The position numbers and the translations under genes were made by a program. Of a stretch of DNA of 64,000 nucleotides, positions 1 to 8,511 are shown piece by piece. How positions within the stretch are numbered: position 1 is the first letter of the stretch; each line of letters opens with the position of its first letter. Location of the stretch: NCBI GenBank assembly GCA_965223905.1, contig CBDCXV010000010.1, positions 1,920,001 through 1,984,000 on the forward strand. Reading direction: 5' to 3'. Origin of the DNA: Candidatus Latescibacterota bacterium. Lineage in GTDB: Bacteria; Latescibacterota; UBA2968; UBA8231. The notes below the pieces were generated by a model. It saw only the letters and a list, made by a program, of their open reading frames with translations. It was not told the DNA's origin and did not search any database.

Positions 1-27
1 CTGGGGGCGCTGCGGTCGATTTTTTCC

Positions 28-55
28 TTGACCTCCGGGTATTTTTCCATATACT
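28..55 (+). promoter_or_regulatory. Putative sigma70 promoter of the five-gene module (TTGACC-16 nt-TATACT)
   Basis: Near-consensus hexamers. A homologous sequence (TTGAAT-17 nt-TATACT) precedes the paralogous gene at 54031-54059. Confidence 0.6.
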
Positions 56-320
56 GTTACGATTCAATGGAGAGAGACGAGCGCAGGTCATTCACCCATA
101 AAGACCGTAAGTTGTTTATTTACAGCGACTAATAAAGAAGCGGTCGGAGTTGGTTCTGCGCAAAATCACCAGTTCCCGTTTTCTCTCGCTCGCTGAGCGA
201 CTGGTGCGCTGAAAGGAGGTGTCCGACGGAAGCCCGCATTTCAGATATCGGCAGTAGCAATAGTGATCGTTCACGTAGATTTACAGCAGTCATCCTTCCA
301 CACTCAAAGGAGAAGCGAGA

Positions 321-1229
321 ATGAAGAAGATCATTATCATGGGTGCAGTTCTGGGCCTCGTTCTGACCACCTTCACTCCGAGTTCGGCCCACGTGCCATC
401 GGACAAGAACTTTGCGGCAGTGATGGTGCCCATCGGCGTCGATGGAGTCAGGGACCTCTCAGTGGATGGTGATCTCGGCGAGTGGGACAACGTGCCGTCC
501 GCGTTCTGGACCACCCATGATGACCTCGTAGAGTCGATCACCGGTACCCAGGGTGACCCGGATGCGGGCAACCTCGCCGAGCGCATCATCGCCGGCTGGA
601 GCCCAGAGACCAACTTGATTTACGTCATGGAGGAAAAGTTCGACCAACTCTGGTACGGCTCGGTCGAAGAGACCAACGACAACCTCACCATCGCGATCGA
701 TGCGAACCACAGCGGCGGACAGTACTATGGGGAGGCCATAGAGGAGGTATTTTATTCGCGCGAGGCACAGCACTGGAAGACGGTGTTCAACGCGCCCGAC
801 AACCCCATTTTTCTGTGGGGCGGCACGAGTGTGTGGTCCACCGCGGAGCCTTACTCCGGTCTCAGTTTTAGGGTCGACGGCGAGGACGGTGGCGCCGCCA
901 CCCTCTGGGCGGAGAGTTGGTTCACCCCCTTCGACGACCTGCCCAGCGATTCGACCGGTCCCGACGACGAACGCATAATCATCCAAGACCTGACGGAAGG
1001 CAACATCATCGGCCTTGGCTTTGCCGTTCAGGACGATGACAACGGCCCGGGCGAAGGGTACGACGGCTACTGGATCAACACTGGCGACGTCATCATGTAC
1101 TACCACGCCGACGCCCTGGTAGACTACCTGCTACAGGGTTTTAACGAGGACTATTGGGTGGCTGGAGAGAACGTGACAGCGGTCCAGGACGACAGCTGGG
1201 CTCGCATCAAAGCGGGCTTCTCCAACTAA
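321..1229 (+). CDS. Secreted acidic CBM9/DOMON-like protein with C-terminal TAVQDDSWARIKAGFSN motif
   Basis: 302-aa ORF with AAGGAGAA RBS and Sec signal (MKKIIIMGAVLGLVL...SSA). VDGDLGEW and IIGLGFAVQDDD motifs resemble CBM9/DOMON-like folds. Paralog at 54124. Confidence 0.75.
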   Translation: MKKIIIMGAVLGLVLTTFTPSSAHVPSDKNFAAVMVPIGVDGVRDLSVDGDLGEWDNVPSAFWTTHDDLVESITGTQGDPDAGNLAERIIAGWSPETNLIYVMEEKFDQLWYGSVEETNDNLTIAIDANHSGGQYYGEAIEEVFYSREAQHWKTVFNAPDNPIFLWGGTSVWSTAEPYSGLSFRVDGEDGGAATLWAESWFTPFDDLPSDSTGPDDERIIIQDLTEGNIIGLGFAVQDDDNGPGEGYDGYWINTGDVIMYYHADALVDYLLQGFNEDYWVAGENVTAVQDDSWARIKAGFSN

Positions 1230-1273
1230 AGAGAGAGATCGGCTTGTAAGGAGCCAGATCTGGTGTAGTTGAT

Positions 1274-1311
1274 GGGGGGCGAGATCGACGATCCTCGCCC
1301 CCCTTTTTTTT
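1274..1311 (+). terminator. Rho-independent terminator
   Basis: GGGGGGCGAG...CTCGCCCCCC stem followed by T8; conserved after the paralog at 55082-55126. Confidence 0.85.
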
Positions 1312-1327
1312 CGGCAGGGAGAGAAAA

Positions 1328-3979
1328 GTGCGCTCACCGGCGTTTTTGCTAGCAACCTGCTCGGCGTTGACGTTGTCGGCCACATATCCGTGCTGGGGAC
1401 AGGAGGGGTATTCGCTGGAGCCAGGCAGGGTGATCGTCGATTCCAGAGAGCATTGGGAATTCTGGGACTCCGCCGCCAACACGATCCAGATCAGCGATGA
1501 AGGGGTGAAGCCCGCCTTCATCCGCAAGCACACGAGACTGGAAATAGATGGCGGGGAAGTCGTCGTTCCCGGCATCAACGCCGCCCTCAATGCCGCCGAG
1601 TTCGGCGGCGGAATATTAGCTGCCGGATCCAATCGCCCGAGCGACACCGACGTCATGGATGGCAGGATGGACACCTTCTGGGAACCGGACGCGTCCGACC
1701 TGTTGCAAGACCAGTGGCTGCAGATCGATCTGGGGCGGACGGTATCTGCCACCAGGATCGTCCTCAAGTTTGTCGGTGAAGATCTGGGAGACCCCTTTCT
1801 GCAGTTCAGGGTGACCACTTCACAGGGACAGAAGACCCCTACAGGTGGTCAGCTTATTTTCCGGCCACGCTTCACCACGGACAAACCGAGCAAGAACGAG
1901 CGGATTTTCGAGATCGACCTGACCAAACAGCTACCGTCGAGGTGGCCCGATGCACGGGGCGACTTCACCGGCGACGTCATCCGTTACGTCGGGGTGGGCA
2001 TCACGGACAGCGACTTCGGCAGGGGGAGGCAGGTCTCCCAGTCCGAATACGACAGTCTGCCAGCCGACCAGCAGGGAGAGATAGACTACTTCCGACGAGA
2101 GACGTCAGGGAAGGTCAGGTTGCTGGATGGGAAAGAGGATTGGGACGCCCTGGCGGGCACGGAGAGGCAGGGGCCGGTCGAATATTACCGCCGCGAAATA
2201 CCCCGGCTGGCAGAGATCGAGGTCTGGACCATCGGCGACAACATCGGTACGGGCGTACTGGAGCGGGGCGGAAGGGTGACCGACGACGCCGGGGCGAACA
2301 TCAACATTGCGGGGGCCGTGGTAGATGGAGACCTCTACGGCGAGGTGCTGTACTGGACTGCCCTCGCAAGCATTGATCTTGACAGGTTGCCGATTTCGCA
2401 GCCGCGGGATGCGGAGGGCTCGATGTTCATAGATCTCGGAGGCTCCTACTTTGTCGACCATATCAGAATACTCCACGCCATTTCGAACCCACCTCCGTTC
2501 AGAGCCTACCGCATCCAGCTCTCTGACGGCTCCACCAATGCCGGCGGCGAACTGGCCTGGAGGACGGTAGGGTCGATCAGCGACGTCTCGCGGGAGCAGA
2601 CTTTCCACGGCTTCGAATTCCCGCTCACGAAGACGGAGCATTTGGCCTTCACCTACAGGCTCAACGACAAGTCGACGTACGAGCCGGGGCAAGGGAGCCA
2701 CGGCGTGTCGGAGGTCCAGTTTTTCGGGGAAGGCTTCCTGGCGGAGTCGCAGATCTCGTCTGAGTTCGGAGGGGAGTCCCCGTTCATAGAGCTGGGGCGG
2801 ACCCCTCAGAACCTGGCTTCCATCGAGTGGGAGGCCGACGAGCCGCCGGGGACGGATCTCATCCTGCAGACCCGCACCGGCGACACGGTCGAGAGCGTAA
2901 CCCGCTATTTCAAAAAAAACGGGTCCGAATTCCCGGGCACCGAAGAGCAGGCGCGCGAAGCCTGGGAGGACGAAAAGAGTCTCTTCGGGGCTGGCGCTGT
3001 GGGTCCGGTGATAGCCGAGACGAACCCGGGCAGTGACTGGAGTGGCTGGAGTCAACCGTATTTCGATTCCGGTGAAAGGATCACCTCTCCCAGTCCGAGG
3101 AGATACGTCGCCATCCGGGCAATTTTCCTGACGGAAGATCCCATGGCAGCGGCCGCGCTGCGATCCGTGGCGCTGAACTTCGTGACGCCTGTGGCCGGCA
3201 CGATCCTGGGCGAGGTGCTGCCCTCGCGCCTGGAGGAGATCGGCACGAAACAGCAGTTTTCGTATTTCGTCCGCTCCACCTTCCGGTCGGACAGCAGAGG
3301 GTTAGACGAGATCCTCATCGAGGCGCCCGACGGCGTCGACATGAAGCTGAAACAGGTGAACGTAGACGTGACAGGGCAAGAAACCGTAACGTATACGCCA
3401 CAGAGCGAGGGGTTTGAGGTGGTGATGGAGACGGATTCGCTGTGGGTGCGTCTGCCGGCTGCGATCAAGACGACGCGTGGATCGGCGCTGGTAGAGCTTC
3501 AGTTCGAGGCGACCGTGTTCGTCTACAACACGTTTTTCATCGGCTCCATGGGACACTCGCAGTTCGAAGACTCATGGCAGCGGGTGGATGATGGCGACGC
3601 CAACGGGGTTGTGGACAGCGAGACGACGGTGGTGTTGGCACTACTGGAGCAGGGCGAGTTGCTGGGGGATTTGCAGGTCGACAGCGTGTTCACACCCAAT
3701 GGCGACGGCACCAACGACGAGCTGGAGGTCAGTTTTGCGCTGCTGCGGTTGACGGCTGCGGTGCCGGTAGCGATAGAGATCTACGATCTGAGCGGCCGGC
3801 TGGTGACACGGATAGCTCAGGAGACCACGGCGGGTCACCACACGGTGGCCTGGACGGGGGTGGATCAGTCGGGAGCGATCGTGCCACCTGGAATCTATCT
3901 GATGCGCATCGACGTGGATGTGGATTCGACATCCGAGAGCGACACGTCGGTCCATCGATTGGTACACGTCGTCTACTAG
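1328..3979 (+). CDS. Large secreted protein with discoidin-like beta-sandwich segments and C-terminal FTPNGDGxND/FlgD-Ig domain
   Basis: 883-aa ORF with signal peptide, QWLQIDLG and FIDLGG discoidin-like motifs, and C-terminal FTPNGDGTND...IYDLSGRLV...WTGVD...PPGIY...VHVVY. Confidence 0.8.
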   Translation: MRSPAFLLATCSALTLSATYPCWGQEGYSLEPGRVIVDSREHWEFWDSAANTIQISDEGVKPAFIRKHTRLEIDGGEVVVPGINAALNAAEFGGGILAAGSNRPSDTDVMDGRMDTFWEPDASDLLQDQWLQIDLGRTVSATRIVLKFVGEDLGDPFLQFRVTTSQGQKTPTGGQLIFRPRFTTDKPSKNERIFEIDLTKQLPSRWPDARGDFTGDVIRYVGVGITDSDFGRGRQVSQSEYDSLPADQQGEIDYFRRETSGKVRLLDGKEDWDALAGTERQGPVEYYRREIPRLAEIEVWTIGDNIGTGVLERGGRVTDDAGANINIAGAVVDGDLYGEVLYWTALASIDLDRLPISQPRDAEGSMFIDLGGSYFVDHIRILHAISNPPPFRAYRIQLSDGSTNAGGELAWRTVGSISDVSREQTFHGFEFPLTKTEHLAFTYRLNDKSTYEPGQGSHGVSEVQFFGEGFLAESQISSEFGGESPFIELGRTPQNLASIEWEADEPPGTDLILQTRTGDTVESVTRYFKKNGSEFPGTEEQAREAWEDEKSLFGAGAVGPVIAETNPGSDWSGWSQPYFDSGERITSPSPRRYVAIRAIFLTEDPMAAAALRSVALNFVTPVAGTILGEVLPSRLEEIGTKQQFSYFVRSTFRSDSRGLDEILIEAPDGVDMKLKQVNVDVTGQETVTYTPQSEGFEVVMETDSLWVRLPAAIKTTRGSALVELQFEATVFVYNTFFIGSMGHSQFEDSWQRVDDGDANGVVDSETTVVLALLEQGELLGDLQVDSVFTPNGDGTNDELEVSFALLRLTAAVPVAIEIYDLSGRLVTRIAQETTAGHHTVAWTGVDQSGAIVPPGIYLMRIDVDVDSTSESDTSVHRLVHVVY

Positions 3980-3980
3980 A

Positions 3981-5729
3981 ATGATCGGGACATCACCTCG
4001 TAGCGCAGTGGCCCTGCCCGTCTTGTCCGTAGCCCTTCTCGGCCTTGCGACGACGGGCAACGGGGAGACGATCGTCTTCGGAGGCGGCCCAGGCTCTCGC
4101 GCCTGGGATCAGGCTCATTCCGAGGTAACGGCCATCGATTTCGAAGCCACACCCGGTTCCATCCACCCTTTGCTGAACGATCCGGAAGACAATATTGCCC
4201 TGCAGTTGCTTGCACAGGGCGGGCAGATAACATCGCCGAATGCACACATAGAGCTCCAAGTCACCCCGAGTGCGATGGATGGTTTGTTGAACAGGATGGT
4301 GGACGGCAGCGGCAACACCGCCTTCGAGGTCAAGCTCCCGAGGACCACGGGGATCAGATTCAGGGTTGATCTGGGCGAGCGCTTCGGAGTCAACAGGATT
4401 CGATTTGCCCCTCGCGAAGGGTTCGAGGGGTTTTTTCTTAAAGGTTACGAGGTGGCGCTGAACGACGGCAGCGAGGAGCAGACGACCCGTAGCGGATTTC
4501 CCGATTTCCGAGTCTTCAAAAGAACGGAGCGCAATCGAGACCCTGTCGTCGACCTACGCGTGCCGCTGCAGGTCGTCCGTTTCATAGAGGTGAGACAGCT
4601 CGTTCGAGGCGAATGGGAAATCGACGAGTTCCAGGTCTTCGGCGAAGGCTTCGCTCGTGCTGCCGCGTACACCTCGAGCGTGTTCGATGAACGTGGGCCC
4701 GCCGTCTTCGGCGATATCACATGGGCACTCGAGACGATAGGTGAGCCGGTCAAGGTATCTGCTACCGTATCCACCCGGAGCGGCCGCACGCCGGACCCGA
4801 GTGACGGCCAGGAATGGAGTAGATGGTCTTTCCCGTATCCGGCCGGAGCGCCCACACAGATCGAATCGCCTGCTCCCCGTCGCTACTGGCAGTTTCGCGT
4901 TTTGTTTCAGAGCGAGGACATCCGCTCGGCGGCTGTAGTCGATTCGATCGCCGTGGAGGTCTCGCCAGCGCTGGCCGATTCCGTGGTCGGCGAGGTGTGG
5001 CCGCAGAAAGCCGTCGTCGGACCGGCGACCGAGCTGACCTACTGGGTGCGCAGCTACAACAGCGACGGCTTCGACCGGCTCGACATCGAGACGCCGGCGC
5101 GGGTGGAGGTCGTCCGATCGGTGCAGGTCGACGGGTCCGACGTGGCCTGGGACAAGGAGGACATCGGAGACGACCGCGGCGATATCGTCGGCGTCCGCAT
5201 CAGCTTCCCGAGAGTCACTGGCGACGACCGGCTGCTGCGCGTCGTGTTCGAGAGCATCTTGTTGAACTACGACACCGTCTTCGTCGGCAGGGTCTTCGAC
5301 ACCCAGAGACCGCAGCGCCTACCGCTGACGCTGATCCCGGGAGACGTGGCAGCCGACCCGGTGGCCGAGGGCGACGACCTGTCGGTTACCACCCGGGTCG
5401 TCGGCAACCGCATCATCCACGGACTCGATGTCGATCCGACGCCGTTCACGCCCAACGGCGACGGCGTCAACGACGAGACCACGATCACCTACGGCATCGC
5501 CAACCTGACGAGCGTTGCCCCCGTCTCAGTGGTCGTCTACGACCTGGCGGGCCGGCCTCTGAAAGTGGTCTACTCCGGCCACGATGTCAGCCGCAGTTTC
5601 GCAAGACTCTGGGACGGGACCGGCGACGACGGACAGAAGCTGCCACCGGGGCTGTACGTCGTGCGTCTGGAGGTCGATGCGGACACGGGGACGGAGAGCC
5701 GGACGGCGATCGTGCCCATCGTGTACTGA
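3981..5729 (+). CDS. Secreted protein with C-terminal FTPNGDGxND/FlgD-Ig domain
   Basis: ATG at 3981 directly after the previous stop. Signal peptide, VDLGERFGVNRIRF, and C-terminal PFTPNGDGVND...VYDLAGR...WDG...PPGLY...VPIVY. Confidence 0.8.
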   Translation: MIGTSPRSAVALPVLSVALLGLATTGNGETIVFGGGPGSRAWDQAHSEVTAIDFEATPGSIHPLLNDPEDNIALQLLAQGGQITSPNAHIELQVTPSAMDGLLNRMVDGSGNTAFEVKLPRTTGIRFRVDLGERFGVNRIRFAPREGFEGFFLKGYEVALNDGSEEQTTRSGFPDFRVFKRTERNRDPVVDLRVPLQVVRFIEVRQLVRGEWEIDEFQVFGEGFARAAAYTSSVFDERGPAVFGDITWALETIGEPVKVSATVSTRSGRTPDPSDGQEWSRWSFPYPAGAPTQIESPAPRRYWQFRVLFQSEDIRSAAVVDSIAVEVSPALADSVVGEVWPQKAVVGPATELTYWVRSYNSDGFDRLDIETPARVEVVRSVQVDGSDVAWDKEDIGDDRGDIVGVRISFPRVTGDDRLLRVVFESILLNYDTVFVGRVFDTQRPQRLPLTLIPGDVAADPVAEGDDLSVTTRVVGNRIIHGLDVDPTPFTPNGDGVNDETTITYGIANLTSVAPVSVVVYDLAGRPLKVVYSGHDVSRSFARLWDGTGDDGQKLPPGLYVVRLEVDADTGTESRTAIVPIVY

Positions 5730-5770
5730 TCGTTTCCGAATCACTCGAAGAGAGACAGGGGAGGATCGCA

Positions 5771-8479
5771 ATGATGACCGGTCACGCAGTTCGGGTGGCG
5801 GTGCGTGCGTCGCGGCCGCTGGCCATCGCCGCCGCCGTCGTCCTGGTACTGGCGCTGGCCTTCACGCAGGCCGATGCGCAGGGATTCGAGCACGACCGAC
5901 TGACGGGCACGCGACGAGCCGGCGAGCTCACGTTCGAGCCGACCGGGCCCGGTGTCCTGTTCGGCGCTCTGGATCCCGCGGTCAGGAAGTGGTACGTCCC
6001 ACAGGAGCTGTTTCACGAGTTTCGGTGGAAGCAGTGGGAGTACAGCAACTACGCGAGAGATCGCTACCAGCGCTATGTCCGGACCAATCTCCAGGGGGAC
6101 TACTTCTACGACATGTACGGTTCGTACATAACCAGAGGATGGCTGGTCTACGACTGGAGCCAGACCCAGCCCGAGCAGGGGGGAAGCAACCTGTTCAAGA
6201 CCGACATCTTCAGTGGCTTTTTCAGCAAGGTGGTCGTGGCCTCCGACCAGAAGGGACAGCACCATCTGGCTGTCACCGTGGGCGAGAAGATCCGGTCGAC
6301 CCTGACCCCGATGACCTTCTCCAAGCCGGCCTTCGACGGCATTCAGGTGGACTATCAATCCGACAAGTACGAAGTGACGGCGCTCCTCTCGCGCATCAGC
6401 TCGCCGGGTGAAGCCGCCGGAGGGCGAAGCTCCATCAACCAACAGACGAGCTCGACGACCCTTACCGGGGGGCGCGCGACCGCCCAGGTTGGAGACTATC
6501 TCAAACTCGGCGCCAACTACGTGAACGCCCACAACTCCTCTCAGCTCCTCGATGCCTTCGAGGGCAGCCCGCGAAGCGGGTCGATCGTCTCCAGTCAGAA
6601 AGCGGACAACGTCACCCGGGTCTTCGTGCGACTCTCGGACGACTCGCCAGGTGACGGCGAAGGTGCCACGCTGTTCGCCTGGGACTTGATCATAGAGGCC
6701 GACGTCGAGACGATCGATGAAGCGGGGAATGTGAGTTTCGAGAGAGAGGTTGTCCGGGCCAGCGAAGTCGGGCTGATCCCCGCGCCCCAGGGCGGCTTTC
6801 AGAGGCTCGGGTTCTGGGAGGCGAGCGGCTCCGAGCAGATCGAGCTGGTCTACGACTTCTCGGTGGGGACGTACACCGGCCCGGATCCGTCAGAGATAAG
6901 AAGGGTGACCATCGAGCTGGTGGTGGCCAATGACTACAGGATCGAGACGACGTCGGACCGCCAGTTCGACAGGGATTTGGCCAGCGTCTACTTGCTGGCT
7001 GCCAGGGCCGACGACAACGTCAAGGATGGCTCCAACCTGACCGTCCTCAAGATCCCGTATGGTCTGCCGACGGCCACCGAGATATTCGGGCTCACACTGG
7101 AAGCGACCCGCCTCTGGGGATTCGACCTCTACGGAGAATGGGACCGCAGCGTCAGTTACAGGAAGTACCCCAACAGGGCGCACACCAGGCACTTGGGGGG
7201 CTCCGACGAAGCCGACGGCTGGATGGTGAATCTGTCGAGAATCGCCCATCCTTTCTTCCTCTTCGGCGAAGCCTATAGCATGGCCGCCAACTACAACACC
7301 TCCGTTATAATGGCCAGGGGCGAAACCAACATAGACTACTCGGACAAGGGCAGATTCTTCTACGAGCTCGTCGACGACAACGACGATCAGGACAGGTTCC
7401 CCGACTGGCAGAGGCTGTTCCAAGACAAAGACATCGAGGTGTTCCCCGGGTACGACGAGAACCTCGACTTCATATCCGATTTCAACCAGAACGACAGCGT
7501 GGATCTTCCCAATCGCGTCCCGGACTACGACGAACCTTTTCTGCGATACGGAACCGACAAGCCGGAATACCTGTTCGGCATTGACATGAACAACAACCTC
7601 TGGGTGGATCGGTTCGAAAACGACGATGAACCCGATTTCCCCTACCCCAGGGACCACGAGGGATACAACATCTACGGCGGCGTCGACCTGCTTCCCGGCA
7701 TCAGGCTCACCGTCGGACGAACGGATGAGAGATTGATCGCCGGCGGGGGGGAAAACAAGACCCACTACATGCTCTTCGTCCTGGAACAGGACTACCCGGG
7801 TCTCGGAAGGCTGAAGATCTTCGAGAACATCAAAATCGCCAAGGACACCATACCGAACGGTCTTCGCCAGTGGAGCGAGACCGAGCGGCGGAACCTTCCA
7901 ACCGGCGATCCCCTGGCGGCTCGGGACACGTGGATAAACTCCACGTTCATGAGCTTCAAGTCCACGGCGATCGAGGATGTGAATTTCGTGAGTAAACTCA
8001 AATACGATCGCTGGCACCAAAACCAACGACAGCCCGATCTGCGGGAGAACTACACCTTCTTCGGTCTCATCAACAAGGTGGACCTCGAACGCAAGGTGGC
8101 CCGTGTCGATCTCATGCCGAGAATAAAGAACGAGCTCAGGCTCGAGTCTCCGCCGGGCAGATTCGATGCCAAGCGCAGGGAAGACACGGTGCAGCTCTCC
8201 CTGCTGGCGCGATGGCCGCTGTTCGCCTCCTCCTCCGTCCAGGCCGGCGTCGAGTACTCGATCTTCAACCAGCTGCGCAAATCCGAGACCGCGGTCAGGG
8301 AGGGACTGCTCGACGATTTCACCGAAATCGTCGGAGCGCTACAGTTCACGAACAACACCAGCTACCATGGTTACCGCCTGGTGACGAACATGGGCATGAG
8401 ATTGACCAGAAGATCGATAGACGACGAGACCGAGACGGGCAGAGTCGCCTTTGCCACGATGTATGCCGGTCTGGACTAA
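5771..8479 (+). CDS. ~900-aa exported hypothetical protein, probable outer-membrane beta-barrel
   Basis: ATG at 5771 after GGGAGGA. Signal peptide ending ADA-QG, Asp/Asn-rich loop motifs and alternating hydrophobic/polar C-terminal segments. Very similar paralog at 58882-61593. Confidence 0.7.
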   Translation: MMTGHAVRVAVRASRPLAIAAAVVLVLALAFTQADAQGFEHDRLTGTRRAGELTFEPTGPGVLFGALDPAVRKWYVPQELFHEFRWKQWEYSNYARDRYQRYVRTNLQGDYFYDMYGSYITRGWLVYDWSQTQPEQGGSNLFKTDIFSGFFSKVVVASDQKGQHHLAVTVGEKIRSTLTPMTFSKPAFDGIQVDYQSDKYEVTALLSRISSPGEAAGGRSSINQQTSSTTLTGGRATAQVGDYLKLGANYVNAHNSSQLLDAFEGSPRSGSIVSSQKADNVTRVFVRLSDDSPGDGEGATLFAWDLIIEADVETIDEAGNVSFEREVVRASEVGLIPAPQGGFQRLGFWEASGSEQIELVYDFSVGTYTGPDPSEIRRVTIELVVANDYRIETTSDRQFDRDLASVYLLAARADDNVKDGSNLTVLKIPYGLPTATEIFGLTLEATRLWGFDLYGEWDRSVSYRKYPNRAHTRHLGGSDEADGWMVNLSRIAHPFFLFGEAYSMAANYNTSVIMARGETNIDYSDKGRFFYELVDDNDDQDRFPDWQRLFQDKDIEVFPGYDENLDFISDFNQNDSVDLPNRVPDYDEPFLRYGTDKPEYLFGIDMNNNLWVDRFENDDEPDFPYPRDHEGYNIYGGVDLLPGIRLTVGRTDERLIAGGGENKTHYMLFVLEQDYPGLGRLKIFENIKIAKDTIPNGLRQWSETERRNLPTGDPLAARDTWINSTFMSFKSTAIEDVNFVSKLKYDRWHQNQRQPDLRENYTFFGLINKVDLERKVARVDLMPRIKNELRLESPPGRFDAKRREDTVQLSLLARWPLFASSSVQAGVEYSIFNQLRKSETAVREGLLDDFTEIVGALQFTNNTSYHGYRLVTNMGMRLTRRSIDDETETGRVAFATMYAGLD

Positions 8480-8511
8480 GGCATAGACGCGAGCTTGAGT
8501 GGAAGTACACG

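Noticed and set aside
108-132. Imperfect palindrome TAAGTTGTTTATTTACAGCGACTAA as a dif/Xer-like site
   Set aside because: Poor match to XerC/XerD arms; better treated as part of the structured leader.
4823-5770. N-terminal extension of the 1218-aa ORF
   Set aside because: Arg-rich off-frame read of the 3981-5729 gene; the RBS, signal peptide and paralog all place the start at 5771.
5771-8479. TonB-dependent receptor (SusC-like) or PapC usher assignment
   Set aside because: No recognisable TonB-box/plug motifs, terminal Phe or usher motifs; left unassigned.
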